Shown here: one piece after another, positions 42,190 to 52,394 of the stretch
Position numbering within the stretch: position 1 is the stretch's first letter
Layout of the letters: every line of letters starts with the position of its first letter
Assembly: GCA_026398065.1 (NCBI GenBank)
Contig: JAPLTR010000271.1
Location: 1-57,429, forward strand
Length of the DNA stretch: 57,429 nucleotides
Direction: 5' to 3'
Origin: Verrucomicrobiota bacterium
GTDB taxonomy: Bacteria > Verrucomicrobiota > Verrucomicrobiia > Opitutales > Opitutaceae
The notes under the pieces: model-generated
What the model was told of the DNA's origin: nothing
What the model saw: the letters and a program-made list of their open reading frames with translations, nothing else
The model's database searches: none
Program-made: the position numbers and the translations under genes

Positions 42190-45100
42190 ATGAAACGCCT
42201 CCTCGCCCTCGCCACCGTCTGCGTCCTCGCGCTCGCGTCCGCCCTCTCCGCCGCCGACGCCCCGCTCCGCGTCTTCATCCGCTCCGGTCCCAAGTCCCAC
42301 GGCCCCGGCCAGCACGACCACCCCCGCTTCCTCGCCGACTGGGTCCCGCTGCTCAATTCCCGCGGAGCCGTCGCCAGCGGTGGCAACACGTTTCCCTCGG
42401 CCGCGCAACTCGCCGAGACTGACGTCCTCGTCATCCACGCCCAGGAGGGCGGCAACATCACCGGCGACGACCGCACGAACCTCGAGGCCTACCTCAAGCG
42501 CGGCGGCGGCCTCGTCGTGATCCACGCCGGCGCCGTCTCCCGCGACCCCGACTGGTACAAATCCATCCTCGGCGGTTCGTGGCGCTTCGGCACCACCAAG
42601 TGGCTCGAGGCCCCGATGCACCTCTATTTCATCGACCGCGCCCACCCCATCACCCGCGACGCGTCTAACTGGCAGATGGACGACGAGATCTACTATGACA
42701 TGGACCTCTCGCCCGACGCCCACGTCCTCGCCACCGCCTACACGCCCAAAGCCATCGACACCGGCGGCCGCGGCAACAAGGAGGCCCAGGCCCGCGCCGC
42801 CGAAGCCGTCGCGAAAAACAAGGCCGTCAACATCTACGACATCCAGCCGCAGCTCTGGACCTACGAGCGCACGATCGACGGCGGCACGCGCCCCTACCGC
42901 GCCTTCGTCTCCCTCCCCGGTCACCTCTATGTGAATTTCAACCGCCCCAACTACCGCGCCATCCTCCTCCGTGGCATCGCGTGGGCCGGGCAGCGCAAAA
43001 ACGCCGACGAACTCTGCCGCGGCGACGAACTCGGCGAAGCCCTGCGCTACCCCGAAGGCGGCCCCACCGCGCCGTCGAAGGCCGCCGCCAAGATCGAGGT
43101 TCACCCCGACTTCAAGCTCTCCCTCGTCGCCTCCGAGCCCCTCATCAACAAGGTCATGAACATCGATTGGGATGAAAAAGGCCGCCTCTGGGTCTGCGAG
43201 ACCCCCGAGTATCCCAACGGCCGCCGCAAGCCCAACACCGCCATCTGGAAGGACAGTGGCACGCTCAAGCCCTTCGTCCCCGAGCGCGACCCCGAGGACA
43301 GCATCTCCATCCTCACCGACACCAACGGTGATGGCATCATGGATACGAAGAAGGTCTTCGCCGACAAACTCGAGCTCGTCACCAGTTTCGTCCTCTACAA
43401 GACCGGCGTCATCGCCGCCACCTCGCCCGACATCTGGCTGCTGGAGGACACCAACGGCGACGGCGTGTGCGACAAGCGCACCAAGCTCTACACCGGCCTC
43501 GGCATCAACGACACCCACGCCGTCATCAACAATCTCCGCTGGGGCCACGACGGCTGGATCTACGCCACGCACGGCTACAGCCGCGGCGATGTGAAGTCCG
43601 GCGACGGTACCAAGTCCTTCGGCCCCGATGGCAGCGGGGTCGTGCGCTTCAAGCCCGACGGCTCGGCCTTCGAGCAATACTCCAGCCGCAATGGCAACAC
43701 CTGGGGCCTCGACATCACGTGGGACGGCCAGGTCTTCTGGACGCAGCCCACCAGCGGCACGGTGTTCTTCCACACCGTCCTCCCCGAGAGCGTCCTCGCC
43801 AAGGGCAAGCTCCCCGGCGTCACCTCGTGGAAGGGCATGATCACCAATCAGCGCACCTATCCGAAGATGGAGTGGCCCGAGCAGGCCTATGTGCAGATCG
43901 ACCAGGTCGGCCGCTTCACCGCCGCCGCCGGTTGCGCGATCTACGAGGGCGGCGCGTGGCCCGACAAGTGGAACTACAGCTACTTCACCACCGAACCCAC
44001 ACTCAACATCGTCCACCACGAGTTCGTCCGCCGCGACGGCGTCAGCTATTCCGTCGAAAAGGAAAAGGGCCGCGAGGAGACCGAGTTCATGCGCAGCACC
44101 GATCTCTGGTTCCGCCCGATCGAAAACCGGGTCGGCCCGGACGGCGCGCTCTACGTTGTCGATTTCTATAACCAGGCCGTGATCCACAACGACACGCGCG
44201 GACCGCAGCACAGCCCCGCCAACGCCGCCGTCCGCCCCGACCGCGACCACTACTTCTCCCGCATCTGGCGCGTGCAGCACAAGGACGCGAAGACCCTCCC
44301 CGCCGTCGCCCTCGACCGCACCAACCTCGCCAGCCTCATCCAGACCATCGAGACGAGCCCCAATACGCCCACGAAAAAACTCGCCCTCCGCCTCGGGCAT
44401 GAGAACTTCCCCGGCGACGCCCGTCTCAATGCCGTCACCCCCAAGATGGGCAGCCCCGCTTTCGCGCGCTACTATGCCGCCAGCGTCGCCTCGACCCCCG
44501 CGCAGCGCGCCGCGATCCTCGCCGAGTTCGCCGCCGCCTCCGATGACTGGACGAAGTCCGCCCTCATCGCCGGCGCGACCGAGCACGCCACCGACTTCGT
44601 CACCGACGCTCTCGCGAGCAAAGCCGACGCCGCCGCGCTGAGCGCTTTTGTCACCGCGCTCGCTCCGGCCATCCCGCCCACCGACGCCGGCCGCCTCGTT
44701 CAAGCCGCCTCCGCGCAGCCCGGCCCGCTCGGTGCCAGCCTCCTCCGTGGCCTCGCCCAATCCGGCACCGCCCTCCCTGCACTCGATGCCCCCACCACCG
44801 CGGCGCTGAAGACGCTCCTCGCCGCCCCCGAAACCGCCGCCAGCGCCCTGCTCCTCACCGCCAGGTGGGACAAGGCAGGCACTCTCGCCGACACCATCAC
44901 GCAAACCGCGCGCCGCCTCCTCACCGACATCGCCGACGCCAAGGCCTCCGATGCCCGCCGCGCCGAGATCGCCACCGCCCTCGTCGCGCTCCCCATCTAT
45001 CGCGCCGAAGCCCTCGCCAAGATCGGCGCGCTCCTCAGCGACCCCGCCGCTTCCGACGCGACCAAGGCTCCGCTCCTCGCCACTGTTGGCGAACTCGCCG

Positions 45101-46566
45101 GTCGCGAGGCCGCCGACGTGCTCATCACCGCCTATGTCCAGACGAAGTCCCCCGCGATCTTCGAGCAGTTGCTAAAGCGTCAGGAGACCGCCCTCGCCGT
45201 GCTCGCCGCGCTCAAGTCCAACCGCCTCACCCCCGCCGCCATCGGTCCCGCCAACATCGCCCGCCTCCGGACCCATCCCAACAACCGCGTGGCCAGCGAG
45301 GCCGCCGCCGTCCTCGGCGCCGCCAACGCTGGCTCCAAGGAAAAGGACGCCCTGATCGCCAAGCTCCTCCCCGAAATCCAAAAGCCCGGCGATGTCGCCA
45401 ACGGCCGCGAGCTCTTCGCCACCGCCTGCGCCATCTGCCACAAGTTCGGCGATGTCGGCCTGCGCGACGTCGGTCCCCCGCTCGCGGGCATCGGGGCACG
45501 CAGTGCCACCGAGTTGCTCACCTCCATCGTCGACCCCAACCGCCAGGTCGAACCCAACTTCTGGCAGTGGAACATCACGACGAAGAAGGGCGAGACCTTC
45601 GCCGGCGTGATCATCTCCGAGACCACCGCCAGCCTCACCGTGCGTAACCAGGGAGGTGATACAGAAATCAAGACCGCCGACATCGCCACGCGCGAAAACA
45701 CCCGCCGCTCCCTCATGCCCGAGGGCTTCGAAGGCCTCGGCGCCCCCGTGCTCCGCGACCTCATCGCCTACCTCGCCGCCAGTTCGACCGCTCCGCTCGC
45801 AGCCACCGCTTCGCCCGGCGCCGTTTCGACCCCCGACCTCACCCCCAAGGCCGGCGGCCGCGGCGACGCCCCGCTCCCCGAGCCCACCCCGATCGTCTGG
45901 GAGCCCCGCAAGACCCGCGTCCTCCTCATCGGCGGCGGCAGCTCGCACAAGTTCGGCGAATTCTTCGGCAAGGCCGACAGCGCCACCCTCCGCGCCGCCG
46001 GGTACACCGTGAACTACACCGAGGACCGCGATCAGGCCACCACCAACCTACCTCAGGCCGATGTCGCCGTGATCAGCGTGAACCGGAAATTCTTCGACAC
46101 GCCCGCGTACCGCAAAGCCCTCTTCGCCTTCGCCGCCGCCGGCAAGGGCATCGTCATGCACCATCCCGGCACCTGGTACGGTTTTGCCGAATGGCCAGAG
46201 CTCAACGCCCAGATCGTCGGCGGCGGCGCCCGCGGACACGACCGCATCGCGAAATACTCCGTCAACGCCCTCAAACCCGCCCACCCGATCCTGCAGGGCG
46301 TGCCCGCCACCTTCGAGGTCGAGGACGAGCTCTACTACATCAACGCCGAGCCCGACAAGATCCCCGCCGGCACCTCTCCCATCGAGGTCCTCGCCGAGAC
46401 CTCGCCCTCCGTGAAATACAAAGCCCCGCACCCCGTCGTGTGGGTCACGAAGCACCCCACCGCCCGCATCGTTGGTCTCACCATCGGCCACGACGAGCGC
46501 GTCCACGGCCTCGATCCCTTCAAGACCCTCCTCGTCAATTCCGTGAAGTGGGCGAGCGGAAAATAA
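42190..46566 (+). CDS. 1458-aa secreted multidomain protein: ThuA-like, beta-propeller 'membrane-bound dehydrogenase' domain, HEAT-like repeats, c-type cytochrome, second ThuA-like
   Basis: Signal peptide. N-terminal ThuA-like region (LRVFIRSGPKSHGPGQHDHP...VVIHAG...). FKLSLVASEPLINKVMNIDWDEKGRLWVCETPEYPNG plus TDTNGDG repeats. CAICH at 45427-45441. C-terminal ThuA-like region (RVLLIGGGSSHKF...GIVMHHPG...HPVVWV...). Confidence 0.75.
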   Translation: MKRLLALATVCVLALASALSAADAPLRVFIRSGPKSHGPGQHDHPRFLADWVPLLNSRGAVASGGNTFPSAAQLAETDVLVIHAQEGGNITGDDRTNLEAYLKRGGGLVVIHAGAVSRDPDWYKSILGGSWRFGTTKWLEAPMHLYFIDRAHPITRDASNWQMDDEIYYDMDLSPDAHVLATAYTPKAIDTGGRGNKEAQARAAEAVAKNKAVNIYDIQPQLWTYERTIDGGTRPYRAFVSLPGHLYVNFNRPNYRAILLRGIAWAGQRKNADELCRGDELGEALRYPEGGPTAPSKAAAKIEVHPDFKLSLVASEPLINKVMNIDWDEKGRLWVCETPEYPNGRRKPNTAIWKDSGTLKPFVPERDPEDSISILTDTNGDGIMDTKKVFADKLELVTSFVLYKTGVIAATSPDIWLLEDTNGDGVCDKRTKLYTGLGINDTHAVINNLRWGHDGWIYATHGYSRGDVKSGDGTKSFGPDGSGVVRFKPDGSAFEQYSSRNGNTWGLDITWDGQVFWTQPTSGTVFFHTVLPESVLAKGKLPGVTSWKGMITNQRTYPKMEWPEQAYVQIDQVGRFTAAAGCAIYEGGAWPDKWNYSYFTTEPTLNIVHHEFVRRDGVSYSVEKEKGREETEFMRSTDLWFRPIENRVGPDGALYVVDFYNQAVIHNDTRGPQHSPANAAVRPDRDHYFSRIWRVQHKDAKTLPAVALDRTNLASLIQTIETSPNTPTKKLALRLGHENFPGDARLNAVTPKMGSPAFARYYAASVASTPAQRAAILAEFAAASDDWTKSALIAGATEHATDFVTDALASKADAAALSAFVTALAPAIPPTDAGRLVQAASAQPGPLGASLLRGLAQSGTALPALDAPTTAALKTLLAAPETAASALLLTARWDKAGTLADTITQTARRLLTDIADAKASDARRAEIATALVALPIYRAEALAKIGALLSDPAASDATKAPLLATVGELAGREAADVLITAYVQTKSPAIFEQLLKRQETALAVLAALKSNRLTPAAIGPANIARLRTHPNNRVASEAAAVLGAANAGSKEKDALIAKLLPEIQKPGDVANGRELFATACAICHKFGDVGLRDVGPPLAGIGARSATELLTSIVDPNRQVEPNFWQWNITTKKGETFAGVIISETTASLTVRNQGGDTEIKTADIATRENTRRSLMPEGFEGLGAPVLRDLIAYLAASSTAPLAATASPGAVSTPDLTPKAGGRGDAPLPEPTPIVWEPRKTRVLLIGGGSSHKFGEFFGKADSATLRAAGYTVNYTEDRDQATTNLPQADVAVISVNRKFFDTPAYRKALFAFAAAGKGIVMHHPGTWYGFAEWPELNAQIVGGGARGHDRIAKYSVNALKPAHPILQGVPATFEVEDELYYINAEPDKIPAGTSPIEVLAETSPSVKYKAPHPVVWVTKHPTARIVGLTIGHDERVHGLDPFKTLLVNSVKWASGK

Positions 46567-46613
46567 TCCGGCCGGTTCCCCTCGGTATCAGACTTCACCA
46601 CCGAGGCCCGGAG

Positions 46614-46649
46614 CCGCAGGAATGATCGTCGACCCTGCGGTCTTTTCGC
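46614..46649 (+). terminator. Hairpin plus T-tract (candidate intrinsic terminator), preceded by a second hairpin at 46580-46606
   Basis: CCGCAGG-N13-CCTGCGG is followed by TCTTTTCGC. Upstream lies CCTCGGT-N13-ACCGAGG. Both lie after the stop at 46566. Confidence 0.4.
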
Positions 46650-46686
46650 TGTGCCTCCGTGTCTCTGTGGTTCAGCTTAATCGACC

Positions 46687-47940
46687 ATGCCTACCATCGC
46701 CGTCCTCGGCACGTTTGACTCCAAAGGACCCGAACATGCGTTCATTGCCGAAGCTCTGCGCCGCGGCGGGTTTGGGACGCTTCTGATCGACGTCGGCAGC
46801 CTCGACGCCCCCACGCTCACGCCCGACATCCCGCGCGCCGAGATCCTCGCCGCGCTCAACGCGCCCGACACCGCCGCCATCCTCGCCCGCCGTGACCGCG
46901 GCGAATGCGTCACTCTCATGGCCCGCGCCGCCGCCGCGTGCGTCAAGGCCCTCCACCTTGCCGACCGGATCCACGGAATCATTTCCCTGGGCGGCGGCGG
47001 CGGCACGGCCATCGCCACCGCCGCGATGCGCGCGCTTCCCATCGGGTTTCCGAAGCTCATGGTCTCCACGCTCGCGAGCGGCCAGACCGCCCCCTACGTC
47101 GGCACCACCGACATCACGATGATGCCCGCCATCGTCGACGTCTCCGGCCTCAACCGCGTCTCGCGCGCCATCTTCACCAACGCCGCCGGCGCCATCGCCG
47201 GGATGGTCACCGCCCACACCGCCTTTCTCTCCGCATCTTCCGATCACTCCCCGGGCGCCCATTCCTCGCCCGACCGTCCCCTGATCGTCGCCAGCATGTT
47301 CGGCAACACCACCGCCTGCGTCACCGAGGCCAAGCGTCTCGTCGAGGCCGCCGGCTACGAAGTGCTCGTCTTCGCCGCCACCGGCAACGGCGGCCGCGCG
47401 ATGGAGTCGCTCATCTTGAGCGGCCTCGTCGCCGGCGTCCTCGATATCACGACCACCGAGTGGGCCGACGAACTCGTCGGCGGCGTCCTCACCGCCGGCC
47501 CCACCCGCCTCGACGCCACCGCGCAGGCCAAAATCCCCGCGATCGTCGCCCCTGGCTGCCTCGACATGGTCAACTTCGGCGTCCCCGCCAGCGTCCCCGC
47601 CCAGTTCGCCGGCCGCACCTTTTACCCGCACAACCCGCAGGTGACGCTCATGCGCACCACCCCCGCCGAATGCACCGAGCTCGGCCGCATCCTCGCGGAA
47701 AAGATCAACCGCTACACCGCCCCCGTCACCGTGCTCATCCCGCGCCGCGCGCTCAGCCTGATCAGCGCACCCGGCCAGCCCTTCCACTCCCCCGCCGCTG
47801 ACGACGCCCTCTTCACGTCGCTCCGCACCCATCTCCGCCCCGACATTCCCGTCATCGAGCACGACGTCGAGATCAACGACCCCGTCTTCGCCCGCGCCTG
47901 CGCCGCGGCGCTCCTCGCCCACCTCACCCCTCCGCCCTGA
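46687..47940 (+). CDS. UPF0261 / Tm-1-like ATP-binding domain protein
   Basis: 417 aa. MPTIAVLGTFDSKGPEHAFIAEALRRGG...ISLGGGGGTAIATAAMRALPIGFPKLMVSTLASG...ASMFGNTT... matches the N-terminal half of Tm-1-like proteins by eye. Confidence 0.6.
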   Translation: MPTIAVLGTFDSKGPEHAFIAEALRRGGFGTLLIDVGSLDAPTLTPDIPRAEILAALNAPDTAAILARRDRGECVTLMARAAAACVKALHLADRIHGIISLGGGGGTAIATAAMRALPIGFPKLMVSTLASGQTAPYVGTTDITMMPAIVDVSGLNRVSRAIFTNAAGAIAGMVTAHTAFLSASSDHSPGAHSSPDRPLIVASMFGNTTACVTEAKRLVEAAGYEVLVFAATGNGGRAMESLILSGLVAGVLDITTTEWADELVGGVLTAGPTRLDATAQAKIPAIVAPGCLDMVNFGVPASVPAQFAGRTFYPHNPQVTLMRTTPAECTELGRILAEKINRYTAPVTVLIPRRALSLISAPGQPFHSPAADDALFTSLRTHLRPDIPVIEHDVEINDPVFARACAAALLAHLTPPP

Positions 47941-47949
47941 TTCGCCGCC

Positions 47950-50900
47950 ATGCGCCTACCCCTCTACCCCGTCGTCCTGCTTGCCTTCCTTTCCCTGGTC
48001 CCCGCGCTCCGCGCCGAACCCAAAACCCTCTTCGACGGCCGCACCCTCGCCGGCTGGGAGGGCGACTCCAAATGGTGGCGGGTCCAGGACGGCCTCCTCA
48101 CCGGCGGTTCCACCACGAAGAAGATTCCACGCAATTTCTTCCTCGCGACCGTCGCCTCGTACCAAAACTTCGACCTTCGCCTGAAGCTCAAACTCACCGG
48201 CGATCCCAAGACCGGCATGATCAACAGCGGCGTGCAGATCCGCAGCCTGCGCGTCCCCGACAACACCGAGATGTCCGGCTACCAGGTCGACGCCGGCGCC
48301 GGCTACTGGGGCACCCTCTACGACGAATCGCGCCGCAACAAGGGCATCGCCGCCTCCGCCAACCCCGGCGCCGTAAACGCTGCCGTGCGCCCCGACGATT
48401 GGAACGACTACCGCATCCTCGCTGAGGGCCCGCGCATCCGTTCGTGGATCAACGGCGTCGCCGCCCTCGACTACACCGAGGCCGACCCCGCCATCGCGCT
48501 CGATGGCCACCTCGCGATCCAGATCCACAGCGGCGGCATCGCCCTCGTCCAGGTGCGCGACATCGTGATCGAGGAGCTTCCGCCCACGCCCGACGCGCCG
48601 ACATGGGACAAGGTCGGCCATCCCAAGCCGCGTCCGCCCGTCGCCCCAAAGTCCGCCGCCCCCGCTCCCTCGTCCCCGGCCACCACCCCGGCTCTGCCCG
48701 GCCGCGACCTCACCTACAACGCCATCACCACCGGCCCGCGTTCGCCCGAGGAGGAGCGTCTCTCCTTCACGCTCCCGCCCGGTTTCGAGATCGAGCTCGT
48801 CGCCGCCGAATCCGAGGGCCTCGGCAAATTCGTCAACGTCACTTGGGACGCCCGCATGCGCCTCTGGTCGATGACGGCCCTCGAATACCCCGTCGACGGC
48901 AACGAGCAAAAGGCCGCCTCCGACGCCCTCTTCGCCGCCGGGGGCCGCGACAAGGTCGTGGTCTTCGACGCGCCCTACGCCACCCCCGCACCCGGCCGCG
49001 CCGCCGTCACCACCCCGCCGCGCATTTTTGCCCAGGGTCTCGTGATGCCCCTCGGCGTCCAGCCCTATCAAGACGGCGCCCTGGTCCAGTACGGCACCGA
49101 CATCCGCTTCTACCGCGACACCGACGCCGACGGCCGCGCCGACCGCCATGAGGTCATCCTCACCGGCTTCGGTACCCAGGACTCGCACCTGTTTCCCCAC
49201 CAGTTTCTCCGCCAGCCCGGCAGCCAGATTTTCGTCGCCCAGGGACTCTTCAACTACTCGAAGGTCCGCCGGCCCGACGGCCGCCCGTTCGCCGACGGCT
49301 CCACAGAAATCGCGTTCAACCAGTGCAAGCTCGGTCGCTTCACGCCCGACGGCGCCCAGTTCGAGAGCCTCACCGCCGGCCCCAACAACATCTGGGGCCT
49401 CGTCACCTCGCGCGAGGGCGAGACGTTTTTTCAGGAGGCCAACGACCAGGGCTACCCCGTCATGCCCTACGAGCCCGGCGTCTGGGTCACCACCGGCTCG
49501 AAAGACCGCCTCCGCCCCTACCAGCCCCTCATGCCCCCGCCGCTCGCCCCCGCGCAGATGGGCGGCACCGGCCTCAGCGGCCTCGCCCTCGCCGAGGACC
49601 GCGACGGGCTCTTTCGCCGTATCGGAGCACCCGATACCGACCGCTCGGCAAAGGTCTTCTTCCTCGCCAATCCCATCACCAACATCGTCAACGCCGTCCG
49701 CGCGATCGCCGAGGATGGCCGCTACCGGTTCGAAAAGCTCCCCGACTTCCTCACGACCACCGACAAATGGTTCCGCCCTGTCGCGATCCACTTCGGCCCC
49801 GACGGCGCGCTCTATCTCGTCGACTGGTACAACAAGATCATCTCGCACAACGAGGTCCCGCGCACCCACCCCGACCGCGACAAAACCCGCGGCCGCATCT
49901 GGCGCATCCGCCACCGCGACCAGCCGCGCACCACCCCGCCCGATCTCACCCGTCTCGATGACCGCGCGTTGGTCGCCCAGCTCGGCGGACCCAATGCCCT
50001 CGTGTCCCGGCTTGCCTGGCTTGAGCTCACCGACCGCCGTGCCACCGCCATCGCGCCCGACCTCGCCCAACTCGCGGCCGACCGCTCCGCGCCCACCGAC
50101 CGCCGCCTCGCCGCCCTCTGGGCGCTCGAAAGTCTCCAGCCCATTTCGACTTCGCTTCTCCTCACGCTCGCCGCCGATCCCGCGCCCGCCCTCCGCCACG
50201 AGGCCGCCCGCCTCGCCGCCGCGCACCCACGGCCCGAGTCGGAATTTGTCTCGATCGCCACCCCGCTCGTCGCCGATGCCAGCCCTGCCGTGCGCGGCGC
50301 CCTCGGCGACGCCCTTCGTCGCGTGCCGCACGCCGGCGCGCCCGTCATGCTGCTCGCGGCCCAGCTCGGCCGCGAAGCCCTCCCCACCGCCTTGCCCTGG
50401 CCGCGCTACGAACGCGAATTCGAGCGCTACCTCGCCCGCTGGGCCATGGAGCTGAATCCCGCCTCCACGCAGGCGCTGCTGCAGTCGCCCGCCGGTCGCG
50501 CCCTGCCCCTCGAAAACCGCGTCCTCGCCACCCTCGCCCTCGGGGGCAAGGACGCCGCCACCGGTCTCGCCCGCCTCACGCCCGAGCTCGCGCGGCCCCT
50601 CGGCGACGAGGAGGTCCGGACCCTCGCCGCCCACTTCGCCGAGCCCGCCGTCCGCGACGCCCTTTCCCAATCCCTCGCCTCGCCCGCCACCCGCTCATCC
50701 GTCCTCCGCGCCCTGCTCTCGCTCCGCACCAGCCTCGATCCGACTCCTCTCACCGCGGCCCTCACGTCCGCCGCCCGCGCCCTTCTCACGGGCCCCACTC
50801 CCGCCGATGCCACGCTCGGCGCCCAGGTCGCCGGGGCGTTCAAGCTCGCCGCCGCCGAACCCGAACTCACCGCCCTCCTCACCTCGCTTGAAGATCCGAA

Positions 50901-52341
50901 ATCTAAAGCCGAAAATTCCCCCGCCCTCGCCGCCCTCCGGGCCCTCCGCGAAAACGGCCTCGGCCCGGTCGCCACGTTCGAACGCCTCGCACGCACCGCC
51001 GACGCCATCACCCGCGACGAGGCGCTTGCTGCGCTCGCCGCCTCCCGCGCTCCGGATGCGCCCGCGCGCCTCGTCCAACTCCTCCCGGCGCTCACCACCT
51101 CCCAACGCGGCACCGCGCTCGACCGCCTCGCCGGCACCGCCACCGGTGCCGCCGCCATTGTCGCCGGTCTCCGCGCCCAGACCGTCGCCAAAGCCGACGT
51201 CGGGGTGAGCACCGCCGACAAGCTCCGCACCCTTCTCCCCACCGACCCCACGGTCGCCGCCCTCTGGCAGGAACTCGGGGGCGACGCCCAGCGCGCCCTC
51301 CGGCTCGACGGCGCCAATGGCGACTTCTCCGCCACGCAACTCACACTCGCCGGTCCGTTCACCGTCGAATGCTGGGCCAAGCTCGACCCCGGCATCAACA
51401 ACCTCGACTCACTCCTCAGTGCGCCCGGTCACGTCTCGGTCAATTTCCACGCCGCCCAGTTCCGCGTCTGGATCGGCGACGGCACCAATGACATCGTCGT
51501 GGCCAGGAAGAAAACCGTCCCCCACGTCTGGACCCACTACGCCGTGACGCGCGACGCCCAGGGCCTTTTCCGCCTCTATCTCAACGGCGAACTCGACGCC
51601 ACCAGCACCGCCGCCAATCCGGCGACGCTCGACCACCTCGACCTCGGCCGCACCAATCCGAAAAACGGCGGCACCGCCGGCTGGCTCGCCGAGTTCCGCG
51701 TCTGGAACGTCGCGCGTTCCCCCACCCAGATCCGCGAGACCTTCGACCGCAGCTTCGCCGACCCCGCCGCCCGGCCCGCCGGTCTCACCCACGTCTTCAC
51801 CGGCGCCAGCTGGGGGCCCCTGAACGGCCACGCCCGCGTCGATTTCACCGACGACGCCCCGGCGCTGCTCACGGCGGCCGAGGCCGCCGTGCAGGAGCAA
51901 AAATTTGCCCGCTTCCGCGCGCTGGCCAACACCCGCGGCAACCCCGATCAGGGCAAAGTCCTCTTCACCACGATCTGCCTCGCCTGTCACCAGCACGCCG
52001 GCAAGGGCGGCCAGATCGCGCCCGCGCTCGACGGCGTCGGCAACACCGGCGTCGAAGCCCTCCTCCGCAACATTCTCACCCCGAGCGCCGCGATGGAAAG
52101 CGCCTACCGCACTTTCCGCGTGGTGCTGAAAGATGGCAGCGTCCGCGACGGCTTCCTCGCCGAGGAGTCCCCCGAGGCCCTCGTCCTCCGCACCCCCGGC
52201 GCCGAGGACCGCCGCATCGCCCGCGCCGACATCCGCCAGACCGGCTACCTCCGCCGCTCCCTCATGCCCGAGGGCCTCCTCGAAAGCCTCCCGCCCGAAC
52301 AAGTGAGCGACCTCTTCGCGCACCTGAAGTCGCTCCGGTAA
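47950..52341 (+). CDS. 1463-aa secreted multidomain protein: DUF1080-like (3-keto-disaccharide hydrolase fold), beta-propeller dehydrogenase-like domain, HEAT-like repeats, LamG/ConA-like, c-type cytochrome
   Basis: Signal peptide. LFDGRTLAGWEG...WRVQDGLL...NSGVQIRS...YRILAEGPRIRSWINGV...LAIQIHSGG. FEIELVAAESEGLGKFVNVTWDARMRLW. LRLDGANGDF...FTVECWAKLD...WTHYAVTRDAQGLFRLYLNGEL. CLACH at 51976-51990. The start lies 10 nt after the UPF0261 stop. Confidence 0.75.
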   Translation: MRLPLYPVVLLAFLSLVPALRAEPKTLFDGRTLAGWEGDSKWWRVQDGLLTGGSTTKKIPRNFFLATVASYQNFDLRLKLKLTGDPKTGMINSGVQIRSLRVPDNTEMSGYQVDAGAGYWGTLYDESRRNKGIAASANPGAVNAAVRPDDWNDYRILAEGPRIRSWINGVAALDYTEADPAIALDGHLAIQIHSGGIALVQVRDIVIEELPPTPDAPTWDKVGHPKPRPPVAPKSAAPAPSSPATTPALPGRDLTYNAITTGPRSPEEERLSFTLPPGFEIELVAAESEGLGKFVNVTWDARMRLWSMTALEYPVDGNEQKAASDALFAAGGRDKVVVFDAPYATPAPGRAAVTTPPRIFAQGLVMPLGVQPYQDGALVQYGTDIRFYRDTDADGRADRHEVILTGFGTQDSHLFPHQFLRQPGSQIFVAQGLFNYSKVRRPDGRPFADGSTEIAFNQCKLGRFTPDGAQFESLTAGPNNIWGLVTSREGETFFQEANDQGYPVMPYEPGVWVTTGSKDRLRPYQPLMPPPLAPAQMGGTGLSGLALAEDRDGLFRRIGAPDTDRSAKVFFLANPITNIVNAVRAIAEDGRYRFEKLPDFLTTTDKWFRPVAIHFGPDGALYLVDWYNKIISHNEVPRTHPDRDKTRGRIWRIRHRDQPRTTPPDLTRLDDRALVAQLGGPNALVSRLAWLELTDRRATAIAPDLAQLAADRSAPTDRRLAALWALESLQPISTSLLLTLAADPAPALRHEAARLAAAHPRPESEFVSIATPLVADASPAVRGALGDALRRVPHAGAPVMLLAAQLGREALPTALPWPRYEREFERYLARWAMELNPASTQALLQSPAGRALPLENRVLATLALGGKDAATGLARLTPELARPLGDEEVRTLAAHFAEPAVRDALSQSLASPATRSSVLRALLSLRTSLDPTPLTAALTSAARALLTGPTPADATLGAQVAGAFKLAAAEPELTALLTSLEDPKSKAENSPALAALRALRENGLGPVATFERLARTADAITRDEALAALAASRAPDAPARLVQLLPALTTSQRGTALDRLAGTATGAAAIVAGLRAQTVAKADVGVSTADKLRTLLPTDPTVAALWQELGGDAQRALRLDGANGDFSATQLTLAGPFTVECWAKLDPGINNLDSLLSAPGHVSVNFHAAQFRVWIGDGTNDIVVARKKTVPHVWTHYAVTRDAQGLFRLYLNGELDATSTAANPATLDHLDLGRTNPKNGGTAGWLAEFRVWNVARSPTQIRETFDRSFADPAARPAGLTHVFTGASWGPLNGHARVDFTDDAPALLTAAEAAVQEQKFARFRALANTRGNPDQGKVLFTTICLACHQHAGKGGQIAPALDGVGNTGVEALLRNILTPSAAMESAYRTFRVVLKDGSVRDGFLAEESPEALVLRTPGAEDRRIARADIRQTGYLRRSLMPEGLLESLPPEQVSDLFAHLKSLR

Positions 52342-52394
52342 CGACCGGCGGCCCGCGCTTGCCTCGCCGCGTCGCAACGGCCCGAATCCTCCCC

